From NCBI GenBank assembly GCA_051294375.1, contig CM119268.1, positions 20,601,266-20,665,265 of the forward strand: 64,000 nt of DNA, in the 5' to 3' direction. A program made the position numbers and the translations under genes. The notes under the pieces are model-generated. The model had not been told where the DNA came from. It saw only the letters and a program-made list of their open reading frames with translations, and did not search any database. Each line of letters starts with the position of its first letter. Within the stretch, counting starts at the first letter, position 1. Below are positions 52,918-64,000 of the stretch, piece by piece. This stretch comes from Paraspadella gotoi (taxonomy: Eukaryota > Animalia > Chaetognatha).

Positions 52918-53721
52918 TGACACATAATTATTGAGACAAAAGATTGAATGTGTTAAAGTTTATAACATTTTATTGGAAATATAAATACAAAATATAATTT
53001 TTTAGTACTAATAACGTTAACTAAATACAGACGAACAAGTTGAACCAAAAGAAGTCACGATTGTCTAGTGAAATGTGGCGTCGGGACCTTCCACCGTCAT
53101 GATGCTGATGTTCTGTTTAACTGACTTGAACAGCTCTAGAACTTGTCTCTGGTCAACTTGCTTCATCTTGTCCTCAATTCTTCTTTTCAGCCATATGAAT
53201 AAACTGCCCGCTTCAGGAGCGCCCCGTAGTTCTCGATGGGTCCAAGGTGTGGCATGTTTGGAGGATTTTCGATCTGTGCAACGTACGACGGATAGTTTCC
53301 CTTGAAAATTTAAATCGAGACGCCAGCTTTCTCGTAGAAAACCCAACTTTATTTTCCATTCCTTTCACGATGAGTTTTCTTGGCCGCCCTGCGCGTTTTT
53401 TGTGCTTGAGAGTATCTCCAGACTTTACTCTTTGTATTACGCGATAAATAGATGGACGGCTAAGTGCTAACATTTAGCTTCAAAAAATACTGTAAAGTAA
53501 ATGCTGCTCCTTCTTGTTCATGATTTTGGTAGAATTGGGCAATGACTTGACGGCGCGCTTCAGAGGAAATTGACTGCATCTTGAAAACGCGCGAGCCGAT
53601 AAAAAAAAATCACAGTTTGGTAGACAAACATTCTAGGCTTTATTTAAAAAAAAAAGAGCTTTCTACTGCGTCCTGGACGCAATCTACAGGCCCCGGAAGC
53701 CGTCTCAATAATTATGTGTCA
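52918..53721 (-). mobile_element. Internally deleted Tc1/mariner-superfamily transposon (DD37E/ITmD37E-like) in intron 6
   Basis: Perfect 20-bp inverted repeat TGACACATAATTATTGAGAC (52918-52937 / 53702-53721) enclosing transposase remnants. Confidence 0.88.
53065..53521 (-). pseudogene. Transposase pseudogene
   Basis: HTH-GRPR-HTH region (LSRPSIYRVIQR...KRAGRPRKL...STRKLASRFKFSRETIRRTL), then in another frame ENPPNMPHLGPIENYGALLKRAVY (53270-53199), and a C-terminal LKRRIEDKMKQVD tail. Stops and frameshifts are present and most of the catalytic domain is missing. Confidence 0.85.
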
Positions 53722-54194
53722 GATGTTAGTTTTGCTTAAAAAACATGCGGGTTAAAGAATAAGACGAATGTTATTTGTTATTTTTACAAAAAACGAAAAA
53801 AAATCATTAACAAGCTTTAAAACCGCAAACGAGAAATGAAATAAGCTAAGTGATTTTAAATAAAATAAACTATCAAGAAAAAACAAACAATAGACCACAT
53901 TATTGTCGACGCATCTTTGACGAAATTCCTTTTTTTTCTTCGTTTTCCGCGTTTTATTACTAATTTATTCTTTTCATTCTCTCTCCTTCTGGCTGCGGCG
54001 GCTGCGGCTACGGCTACGGCGGCGTTCGCAGCGTTGTTGACGTCGTCGTCGTCGTCGTCGTCGTCGGCGTCGTTGTCGTCGTCGTCGTCGTCGTCGGCGT
54101 CGTCGTCAGTGAAATCGTCGCCTCGACTGTATTGGCCGTCGTTAAAGTCTGTCGTCATAAGCAGAAGAGATATGCGCGAGAATATGAGAAGAAA

Positions 54195-54257
<63 letters not shown>

Positions 54258-54339
54258 TAAGAAAATGCAAGAAAAAGAAAAAATGAAACAAAAAAAAGAT
54301 GAAAATGAAAAAAACGAAGAAGAAAATGAAAGAAAAAGA

Positions 54340-54570
54340 AGAAAATGAAAGAAAAAATATGAAAATAAAAAACAAAGAAGAAAATGAAAGAAAAAGACGA
54401 AGAAAATGAAAGAAAAAGACGAAGAAAATGAAAGAAAAAGACGAAGAAAATGAAAGAAAAAGACGAAGAAAATGAAAGAAAAAGACGAAGAAAATGAAAG
54501 AAAAAGACGAAGAAAATGAAAGAAAAAGACGAAGAAAATGAAAGAAAAAGACGAAGAAAATGAAAGAAAA
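54340..54570. repeat. 22-bp minisatellite (GACGAAGAAAATGAAAGAAAAA)n
   Basis: About 8 perfect units plus degenerate flanking units. Confidence 0.95.
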
Positions 54571-54719
54571 AGCCGTTGCTCTCTCCATCATCAATAAAAA
54601 CCGATGTCAACTGCATGGTCGGGTTTTTTCTCTCTGTTAATCGTTGCACAGATAATTTCTATCTTAATGGCTCTCTCTCTCTCTCCCTCAACTTCTCTCT
54701 CTCTGTCTGTCTGTCTGTT

Positions 54720-54818
<99 letters not shown>

Positions 54819-56043
54819 CTATTATTTGTTTCTACATTTTTGTAATTATGTATAAATTTTAATTTGGATATATCCTCGACGGAAGACTGTAGCGAATGTT
54901 GAAGTATCAAGATTTTATTCAATTTTTGTTAAATATTTAATAACATACCACCAATAAACATTGTAAACATTGTTAATAAAACACAAAATTTTTAAAAATT
55001 TCTTATCAATCAATAGCCCAAATCTTATATGAAAAGTATTCGCTTCTGGCGCAGAGGATGTTTCGATGGGCCTTAATCTCTTCACGTCTGAATTTTCGCC
55101 CGATGACAAAAGGCGCGTAAAATCAGCGAGAAGAGTTCGACGAGTAAGTCTCTGATGGTCATTTGGGCTGCAAACGAGTTCGATCGAAACTAATCCAGAA
55201 TGATGGGAACCCGATTCGATTAAGACTTGAGCACAGGAATGTACATAATTAATACCATAATACCACCTCATCTCCCTAAGCCTTAATCCTTAATCCCCCT
55301 ACCAAATTCTAAACCTAATCTTCTAAATCTCTAATCCCTAATCCTATCCCGTCACCTAGTCTTTAAAAACTAAGTTAGATTTCAATTTAAACTGAAATTG
55401 GGCGCTTTTCCATCTTCGAAACACATAGGGTTTTTTTCTGTCGGAGGAAGAAAATGTGGGAACACAAGGAATAAAATGAGATTTAGAGTAGGATGCATAT
55501 GAAACAACATTTGTCAGTTGAGGTTCAACATGTGGGACGAATCTAAACTCCCAAATTTTTATTTAATAACTGTCCTCACCCAATTTCAAGGACCTCGATG
55601 ATGAGGAGCTGTATATAAATTTTCAGCTTCATACACTCAAATTTAATTATCAAAAAGGCGATCGATAAGTTGGATCGCCGACGACGATGATGATGACGAC
55701 GACGACAACAACGACGACGACGACGACGCCACTTTTGCGCAAAAGCGTTAAAAACAATTTGAGGTTATATTATGTAAAATGATTAATAGTTTTCTTAACC
55801 TTTATGGATAAACCAGTTACATTGTCTAATGAATTTGGTACAACAAAGCTAAAAATTATCCATTTATTTAATAAATAAGCTATCTTGTCCCTGACTTTGG
55901 ACAGGCTTTGGTGGTTTAAGGCCTCCATCACTCTTACAAGATAATGACATAGCAAGTCCCTGCAAGCTTTTAAACAAGTCTCTCTCTCAGTCTCTCAGTG
56001 ATGACCATTTTAATCATTCCTCTGCTTTTGATTCCCTCCAAAG

Positions 56044-56179
56044 GTCCAAACTGTTTGGGAGTCGGACAAGACCTTCGTCCTTACCTGCACCATTAAAGCC
56101 AATCCCATGGTGCCGCCAGAAAACGTCTCTTGGCATTTCGAGGATGGACACGTCGTCTATGGCACCGACAGAACTTCGG
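56044..56179 (+). CDS. IgSF gene exon 7 (Ig3 first half)
   Basis: ctccaaAG|GTC...TCGG|GTaagg; 136 nt, phase 0/1; VQTVWESDKTFVLTCTIKANPMVPPENVSWHFEDGHVVYGTDRTS (LTCxxxANP...VSW). Absent from the ORF track in this frame. Confidence 0.9.
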
Positions 56180-56326
56180 GTAAGGGCGGTGAAAGGCAAG
56201 GGTAAGGTGAGAAACTCACCGTGATTGCCACCGGGGCCCCGGTATACGAGATTGTGCGGGATCTCCAGTGGAACAGGGAGGGTAGGTTGATAAAATGACG
56301 AGACGTGAAAGAAATCTTTTTGGGCC

Positions 56327-56612
56327 TTATCTTTCCAAAACGCCCCATTTCATCTTAAATTTAAAAATTGGGTTAAAGGTTAGGGATAGGAAATAGGATT
56401 AGGATTAGTGATAAGGACAGTAATTAGGGTCAGGAATTTATATTGAGAGTTAATGTTTCAGGTTAAAAGAAAAGGGTATTAGGGTGAGGGGTTAGGGTAA
56501 AGTTGTAAGGTTAAAAACTAACATTATAATTGGGTCATGGGTTTGGTAATAGATTAGATTAAATTAAAGATCAAGGATTAAGGAACATAAATGGGGTGCT
56601 TTTAGAAAATAG
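56327..56612. mobile_element. MITE-like element with internal degenerate TTAGGG-like array (relatives at ~55260-55411 reversed and ~60145-60368)
   Basis: Imperfect TIR TTTCCAAAACGCCCCATTT / AAATGGGGTGCTTTTAGAAA flanking GGTTAGGG/GATTAG-type units. The same TIR recurs at 60150 and, reversed, at 55395. Confidence 0.65.
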
Positions 56613-56806
56613 AGAGCAAAAGTTATGAATTCATTTGATGATGAAAAAAAACGAGCATTCGATTTATTTAATTAATTAATAAATTAATTAATTTAATGTT
56701 TTCCAGAGAAAAGAAAAATTAAGTCGAATAGTTTTATAATCACGTCCCAAATATTTGTCGTTAGGAAAATACTTATTTAACATATAATGAAACCCAATCC
56801 AATTAG

Positions 56807-56913
56807 GCCTCCGTCTCGACATGCAACCCAGTGGGACAAGCATGTATGCCGCCATGCCGGTTCCACGATCTTTCCTAACGATTCACAACCCGGAAAAGGC
56901 CGTCACTATAAAG
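56807..56913 (+). CDS. IgSF gene exon 8 (Ig3 middle)
   Basis: caattAG|GCCTC...AAG|GTattt; 107 nt, phase 1/0; open frame (G)LRLDMQPSGTSMYAAMPVPRSFLTIHNPEKAVTIK. It is a GC-rich island in AT-rich intron, and the phases fit both neighbours. Confidence 0.8.
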
Positions 56914-57100
56914 GTATTTACATGATGGGTGATGTTTTCTGTGACTCAATATTCTTGTTGTTGTTTTTTGTTTTACGTTTCCTTTTCTCTTTATCTTAAT
57001 GTTCCTGTTGTTGTTTTTTGTTTTACGTTTCCTTTTCTCTTTATCTTAATGTTCCTGTTGTTGTTTTTTGTTTTACGTTTCCTTTTCTCTTTATCTCCAG

Positions 57101-57193
57101 GTGCGGGGTTCGAACCCCTCCCCGACCGGCGGACTCTTTCAAAAGCGAATATCCCTCCAGCTCTTTTTCGCTCCCATCATCAATTGTCAAGAG
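57101..57193 (+). CDS. IgSF gene exon 9 (end of Ig3, linker)
   Basis: atctccAG|GTG...GAG|GTgaaa; 93 nt, phase 0/0; VRGSNPSPTGGLFQKRISLQLFFAPIINCQE. SLQLFFAPII parallels SLNVKFTPKI of exon 6. Confidence 0.85.
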
Positions 57194-58152
57194 GTGAAAA
57201 ATTCGTAAAGTTAAATGATTAAGTGATTAGATGAATAACAATTAAAAAGTCTTAATATGTACATTAAAGCGTAGTAAAAATTCTAAATTTCACTTTAATT
57301 GAAATTCTAAAAGTAAGGAACGATCGACATTATGTTAATGAGCATTTATGTATAAACATTTTTTTAAACAAAATTTTACAATTTATACAGTAGGCCATAT
57401 TTATATAATATATATTGTACTAATCCAATAAATGTTAAAATTTCATAATAGTTTTTTGTAAGTTTTTTTTTTTGCAGATTTGGATTCGTTATGAATAGTT
57501 GATATAAAGAAATATAACTTTTTTAAAAATTCTTTCATGAACTTATATTTAAAGCTCAAAATTCAAATTTTATATATTAAATATAATTTTTTAAATTTTT
57601 AACCCACTTAATGAAACAATTTTTTAAAATAATTTTTAATTTAAAATAAAGACGAAGTCATATCAACAACGATTTGATTTGTAACTTCGTCTTTATTTTC
57701 AATTATCTAAAACACAAGGAAAAGAAAGAACTTTCCCAATAAAAATGATTTATATTTTCTTTTATCAACTTTTGACGAAGAATTCAAATTGCAATACAAA
57801 TTTATAAAAACCTATTTTTAGATTTTAAATTTTATATTGGTTGTACCAATTTCATAAGGATAGTACTATATATAAATATATCCTACTGCGAAAATTAAAA
57901 AACAATAAATTGTTTTTACAAATTAATGTTCACTGATAGTACGCTGTTCATAATTAACTTTTAGAATTTCGGTATGTAACGCTCTAATGTACATCGCTCA
58001 ACTATTGATGTTTTGGCTATCTTTTAAACGACAAAGATAAGCTAAATGATGAAAAAATTAATTAAATTAGTTCATAATCAATTAACTTTCGATTCCTGAT
58101 TTAATTTCTGAGTTAGAACTTGTGAAACTAATCACGTGACTTGATTTCACAG

Positions 58153-58219
58153 GTCTACGCCTTCACGGAACCAGACGCCTCAGTCAACGTCTCATGCACG
58201 CTCTACTCAAACCCATCAG
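58153..58219 (+). CDS. IgSF gene exon 10 (Ig4 start)
   Basis: ttcacAG|GTC...TCAG|GTacga; 67 nt, phase 0/1; VYAFTEPDASVNVSCTLYSNPS. Confidence 0.88.
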
Positions 58220-58563
58220 GTACGAGCGTTGCACGTACATGGGCTGCGCGCGCATTATGTCAGTTCATGCACCGATTTCGCTATTTGTTGATCGATGCTA
58301 TACGTAATTCACTTTTAAAAATCTTCAAGTTGTTTTGTATATATTTTAGGAATTTGTCATCTGAAATAAAAATAGAAAAATAAGAAAATAACACAAGAAA
58401 AACTAGAGGTACAAACAAGTAGAAAAAAGAAAAAAATATATGTACAAGAAATAGGAGAAGCCAAGAAAATTAAGAAAAATGGCAAGAAAAGAAAAAAAAG
58501 AAAAGAAAAGAAAAGAAAAGAAAAGAAAAGAAAAGAAAAGAAGACAGAAGAGAAAAAAAGGAT

Positions 58564-59288
58564 AAAACAAGTTTGAGCAAACAATGTCGGATCTGCCCAC
58601 GATCATTATCGGTAATTAATAATTAATAATTAATAATTAATTATTTAATTAATTAATAATTAATTTATTCAAGTTAATTATTTAATTAATTAGACAATTA
58701 ATTAATTAATTTGATCTGAATTGTTTGTTTTGATTGATTAATTTACTGATTAATTTTATTTGATTATAAATAATCTTGCATTTATATTAAAGTAAAAAGA
58801 AAAATAAGCATAATATATTAGTGAAATAGGTTCTTTTTTTTTCCATTTAAACTCATTTCCACTATAACGATTCCATCGAAACTTGATTTAATTTAATCAC
58901 ACACCTTTCAACCCAAATACAAAATTTCAAGTCAATTGCCCCATCCACTTATGAGTAATTGGTGTTCAAATAATGAAATATATTTTTTTCCATTTAAACT
59001 CATTTCCACTCAGACGATTCCATCGAAACTACATATCCAGCTCAATCACACTCTTCCCTACCCACACACAAAATTTCTTTCCAATCCATCCATCCAATCA
59101 CGAGTAATTGGTGTTTTTTGCTAAGGTGGGACGGACGGACGGACATTATTATTTTTGCATAATTTATCATAATTCGATGTTCTGACATGATGTAAGTGAT
59201 TGCCCGATAAGATTGGGGGGGCGGACCGACGGACCGACAAAGTGAATAATAGAGTCGGGATCTGCTGATAAGCAGATTCGACTAAAAA
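58564..59288 (-). mobile_element. DINE-1/HINE-like element, copy 5 (intron 10 of the IgSF gene)
   Basis: Colinear with 16826-17470, plus an internal ~140-bp duplication (about 58835-58965 / 58985-59115). Confidence 0.8.
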
Positions 59289-59489
59289 CTGCTCAGGACG
59301 AAACCAGCGACGTGAGAAGAGAGATTATGGTGAATGTGAAGGTGATGGTGAAAGTTGATGGTGAAAGTTGAGGTGAAAGATGATGGTGAGGGTAATGGTG
59401 AAAGTTGATGGTGAAGGTGATGCCGAAGATGGGTTGGGAACAACGAAGGTGAGGATGATAATGATCAGAAAAGGGGACGAATTTGAATA

Positions 59490-59593
<104 letters not shown>

Positions 59594-61054
59594 TCTGAAC
59601 ATTTTATCTTGTTTTTTTTTTAGTTTATATTATTAGTCATAGAATAAGTAACCTAGAAGTATTCTAAATAGTAATTTAATAGTAATTAATAAGTAGCCTA
59701 GAAGTATTCTAAATAGTAATTTCCCTAAAAATACCCCTGAACGTCAAACTTTTATGTATCTTTACAAATTTAAGTCAATATGCTTAGTCTGTCGCTTCTA
59801 ACTCTGTACCGCAGTAATAACGACAGGAAAGGAAAATCCACGCCACATGGACGCCAATTTTACGCCACGGCAACCAAGGCGCGCCACCTCTTCGCTTTTG
59901 TCAGGACGACGACGACGACGACGACGACGACGACACAATAACCGCGACTGACTATTAAACAAACGAGCGACGCGTGGAAGAGGCAAAAGTCGTTGTTGTT
60001 GTTGTCGTCGTCGGCTTCTTGTTGTTGTTGTCGTTGATAGTTTCGCCATCGTCGTCGTTGTCCCCATCTTCGTTGCCATGGTTTCACGTAATGAGCTCGA
60101 CAGGTTCGGGATTTCTGCTTGAGTCAAAAGTCATGAAAGATTGACTATATTTCCCAAAAGCGCCTCATTTCAACTTGAATTTAGAATTAAGTTAGGTTTT
60201 AGGATTAATAATAATTGGTTAGGGATTATGTTTGGATTCTAGGTTAAGTGATAAGGTTATGGGTTAGGGTTAGCAATTTGTAATTAAAATTAGTGATTAG
60301 GGTACTTAAATATTAAAATGAAAATAAAATTTAAGAGATTTGGAACAGAAATGGGTTTTTTTTTAAAACAGTGCGGAAAGATATTAGGGATGATGTTGTC
60401 TTTGAGGTTTTGCCCAGTCAACAATGGTTTCACGCTCTTCTTATAAACATTTATCATTCTTGTCATTCTCAGCGATCCCTAGTGATCATTTCGATGTCTT
60501 GAAGGCCTTGCCATGAATCAATCTTTTCCGTCATTTGTACAATCACGTGTGAATTAAACTCGATAAATTGCACAGATACTCTCTCTTATTATTGTAAGAA
60601 TATTCCGAATAAAATAACCTCTTCTACTATTTTACTAATAACTTTACTATTCTTCGAGCGATATAACTACATAATTTTCGTTATAATCAAAAAAGAACTT
60701 TTTAAAATAATCTAAGAAGGAAATTAAAATGATGACTTTGAATTAATTTTAAATCCTCATGCCACCTTTGTTTTTTCTTGAAGACACAAGGGTTCGAACA
60801 CGCGATCCGATGAGTCGCTGGGATTTTTCGAAGCGAAGGAAATGAGCGGAGTGAGTTGAGTGGAAAGAAGTGTGGAGGGGGGAGTGTTATGGTGAATTTA
60901 CGGGGTGGTGGGGGTGGTGAGGGGGAAATGGGAAAGGGGGTTCGGGATGAGGTGGGGGGGAAGTAGCATTGATCGGCTCATCCCGTCTTTCCCGTGCAAA
61001 TAAACTCGGTAATGGTAAACCGGAGGGAAAATATTTCTCGTTCGTCTTTGCGGA

Positions 61055-61126
<72 letters not shown>

Positions 61127-61439
61127 CAAATCCTAAATGGCAACGAGATAAGGAGACTTGAAAAAGAAAAAAAAAACCCAGAGAGATATTTACATATGGA
61201 CGGTTTTTTTTCCTCTTTAGGTTGCGCGAAAGATTAAGAAGGAAAAAGAAGAATTAGTTTAAAACAAAGGAAGAGATTAGGATTTTTTTCAAATGATTTC
61301 TTTTTAACTAATCTGTCTAAATTATTTAGTTTTAACATTTACAAACATCTTAATATTTTTTTAAAATTTAAATACAATAGTTCTGCGTCGCAGGACGAGT
61401 AAAGATAGTATGGTGGACTAAAATCCACCAACCGTTCAT

Positions 61440-61625
61440 CAGCGGCCATTGGTGCCTGTGGCAAGTCATTCGCCTCCCAATTCAAAGGTCCGGGGTTCTA
61501 GCCCGGTGGTCGACTGGCAGTTAAGAGGGACGGGGCGCTTAACCCGCCTGTAACACGGTGTTACAGCCTGATCCGAAGTTCAGGGACTGCTTACATTGAA
61601 CGGTTCTGTCACTAACACATAACAA
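61440..61625 (+). mobile_element. tRNA(Gly-like)-derived SINE-like element in intron 10
   Basis: CATTGGTGCCTGTGGCAAGTCATTCGCCTCCCA...CCGGGGTTCTAGCCCGG resembles tRNA-Gly with A/B boxes, followed by a ~120-bp body ending in an A-rich tail. Confidence 0.5.
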
Positions 61626-62283
61626 AAATTTACTGTCTCTTCAATAGTAACGTCGCGAAAGTATTATTTTAATTAGCAGTAATATTTTCAAAACCATAAT
61701 TTCCATTTGCCAACTAAGTTTTTATCAGTATTTTTTTCATGCAATTATCGGTTAATCAGCATCCGACAGAGAGGTAGTATTCCTCCACAAAGATTTTTTA
61801 AAGATTTAAAAGTTAGAGAAAAATTTAAGGGTAAATAAAGTCAAGTTGTTATCCTAGAAAAAAATACAAAATACATATCAATATAAGAAAATTTACTTTA
61901 ATCTATAATAAAAATATGGGATCTTTGATGAGAAATAATGCTTAATCAATTTACCCACACTACTACTATTTAATAGGCAATGATGCATTCAAGGTGGCCC
62001 GCCTGATAATTTGTGAAGGTGCCCGCCCCACTATAAGAGCTTAGTAGGGTGGATGACGGAAAATATCACAAGGCCCTGCTTAGTAGGGTGGATGACGGAA
62101 AATATCACAAGGCCCTGCTTCCGAGCCAGAACGACGCCCTTTCTCTTCAGACCCCTTCTCTCGTCGTCATCCTCCAGTTTTTTTCGTCATCTGCTTTTGA
62201 TTTTCCACTCAACACCCCACCCTACCCCCTCAACGCCCCCATTTAACTCTCCCCTTCCATCACTCCGCCACCCCAAACCGCAG

Positions 62284-62446
62284 TGCCTCTTAAAAACGTG
62301 AGCTGGAGTCTCGACGGATCTGTCTCCTTCAGCGCCTCTCACCAGTCCTTCCTCCAGTGGGCGTTCCCTCTCGTCGGCGGCGGCGTGGAACTCATCCTTC
62401 ACGTCAACAGGAGCATGTTCCCGCATCCTCACGCCTCCTCCTCGAG
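62284..62446 (+). CDS. IgSF gene exon 11 (Ig4 middle); gene probably continues beyond the window
   Basis: accgcAG|TGCCT, phase 1; (V)PLKNVSWSLDGSVSFSASHQSFLQWAFPLVGGGVELILHVNRSMFPHPHASSS. The join SNPSVPLKNVSW is colinear with Ig3 ANPMVPPENVSW. The donor AG|GTtcgt at 62447 is inferred; without it the frame stops at 62474. Confidence 0.8.
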
Positions 62447-62941
62447 GTTCGTGATTGTGAAGAATGAGTCTTGAAGTTGTGATAGGAATGAAATCACCTT
62501 CAGAAATTTCAAAAAGACCTACTTTTTTCAAAAATTTGGATTTGTATTATATTTAATTATTAATACCTTTACAGCTTTACTCCATATTTAACAATGTAAT
62601 GGGGAGAGTGAGGTTAGTCTTTTGGTAATTGAGCGAGCATCTACACTACATAAGGTTAAAAATTACTTACTGCCCTCGTTTTTTAATTGGATATTAAACA
62701 TCATCATTTATTTAAAGTCATTTATTAAAATTTTAAAATGCGACAAAAATAGATAAGAAAATTTTTAAATTAATTAGGATTGCAGAAAATGTTTAAGATT
62801 TTCTCGCTGGCGAGACGTACGTTTCTCGTTTCACCCGAACCGAAAGGTTTCAACTTGAGTCGCCGTAGGAATTAAGAACAAAGTCGTTTTATCCAATATT
62901 TAATCGTTTATTTCAATTTTTTTATTTTTTATTTATTACAA

Positions 62942-63050
62942 ATTAATCTTGCTTAATCTCTCATTAATCTTGCTTAACCTCTCATTAATATTGCTTAATC
63001 TCTCATTAATCTTGCTTAATCTCTCATTAATCTTGCTTAATCTCTCATTA
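62942..63050. repeat. 21-bp minisatellite (ATTAATCTTGCTTAATCTCTC)n
   Basis: Five visible units. Confidence 0.9.
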
Positions 63051-63142
63051 AACTCACGTATATCGAGACATGAGACGAAGCGCGCGAAAATATAGGCCGA
63101 ACATAAAACTGGTCACAGATAAAATTGACTGTACGCCCTCAA

Positions 63143-63259
63143 ACGAGGTGAAACATCTTTAACACCCCCCGGGTGAATGGGGTAAAAACATTACTGACTA
63201 AAAATGCAAAGATGTTTTGCTAAATTAACCCAGGGGGTGTTAAAGATGTTTCACCTCGT
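63143..63259. mobile_element. Short mariner-type MITE
   Basis: Perfect 27-bp TIR ACGAGGTGAAACATCTTTAACACCCCC / GGGGGTGTTAAAGATGTTTCACCTCGT; the right end reads CCTCG-TA. Confidence 0.75.
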
Positions 63260-63838
63260 ACCTTTCGGACGGGCGACGCCTCGAACGCGCGACCCAGGAA
63301 GCATAGAAAATAGTCAAACATTTTCTGCAGTAACAAAGATTACTAAAATAATTTTTACAAAAGTTTAATTTAGATGTTAACAACTCACTTTTTTTTTTAG
63401 CAGATATGCATTCTTGGTAAAAACAGAGAATCGCAGGCAATCGGTTGAAAGCTGTGGGATAAATTGAAAGCTAAAAAATGTTCAACGTTGTCGTTGTTGT
63501 GCTTGTTGTTGTTTTTGTTTTCTTTCGTCGCCTCCTTTGACTTTTCGGTTTTGTTTTGTTTCGGAATCGATGTCCCTTCCAAAGGCGTCGAAAGAGATTC
63601 GTCGTTGTTGTTGTTGTTGCTTCTGTTGTCGTCGTTGTCGTCGTCATTGTCGTCGTTGAAGTCATCGTCGAGGCGTGAGAAACGGAAGTGGCNNNNNNNN
63701 NNNNNNNNNNNNNNNNNNNNNNNNNNNNNNNNNNNNNNNNNNNNNNNNNNNNNNNNNNNNNNNNNNNNNNNNNNNNNNNNNNNNNNNNNNNNNNNNNNNN
63801 NNNNNNNNNNNNNNNNNNNNNNNNNNNNNNNNNNNNNN

Positions 63839-63876
<38 letters not shown>

Positions 63877-64000
63877 GTGTCAAAGTCAGATGGAGACCTA
63901 AGGAATGGAGAGTGATCAAAAAGTGGAAAGTTGAAAGATAAAATTAAAGTAGGAAAATGGGAAGTAAAAAGTAAAAGTTGGAAAGTGGAAAGAAGAAAGT

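Noticed and set aside
56014-56348. Minus-strand ORFs in the track, and alternative donors at 56202/56207
   Set aside because: The ORFs are antisense shadows of exon 7 and its flank; the alternative donors shift frame or include a stop.
57101-57130. tRNA B box GGTTCGAACCC
   Set aside because: It lies within coding exon 9 (VRGSNP); coincidental.
56044-58219. Dscam-like mutually exclusive exons (exon 7 vs exon 10, both phase-0 starts with similar sequence)
   Set aside because: Exons 8 and 9 complete Ig3 in frame, so these are tandem domains. In-frame skipping of exons 7-9 remains formally possible but is unsupported.
63878-63941. Possible exon 12 (phase-2 acceptor giving S-VKVRWRPKEW...)
   Set aside because: The acceptor is made by a (CT)n tract beside a gap, there is no good donor, and no convincing Ig F/G-strand pattern.

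Overview
AT-rich, microsatellite-dense, intron-containing eukaryotic DNA, most likely an invertebrate animal (species not identifiable from the sequence), with ten N-gaps. Almost all listed ORFs are translations of (GA)n, (GAC)n or (TTTC)n tracts. The one supportable protein gene is a plus-strand immunoglobulin-superfamily cell-surface gene that the ORF track does not assemble. Eleven GT-AG exons between ~48.4-49.0 kb and 62.45 kb join in frame to give a signal-like segment and at least four Ig domains in a nephrin/Kirrel/Sidestep-like layout; the gene probably continues past the window. Mobile DNA includes five DINE-1/Helentron-type non-autonomous elements, an internally deleted DD37E-like Tc1 element, MITEs, tRNA-derived SINE-like heads, and a Penelope-type palindrome with two minimal hammerhead ribozyme motifs. 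A multi-hairpin island at 19.2-19.5 kb is a structured-RNA candidate. About 17 kb (24.1-34.4 and 38.7-45.35 kb) is mostly indel-riddled copies of neighbouring sequence beside two 25-N gaps, which fits uncorrected long-read gap filling rather than biology. I see no convincing novel multi-gene system.
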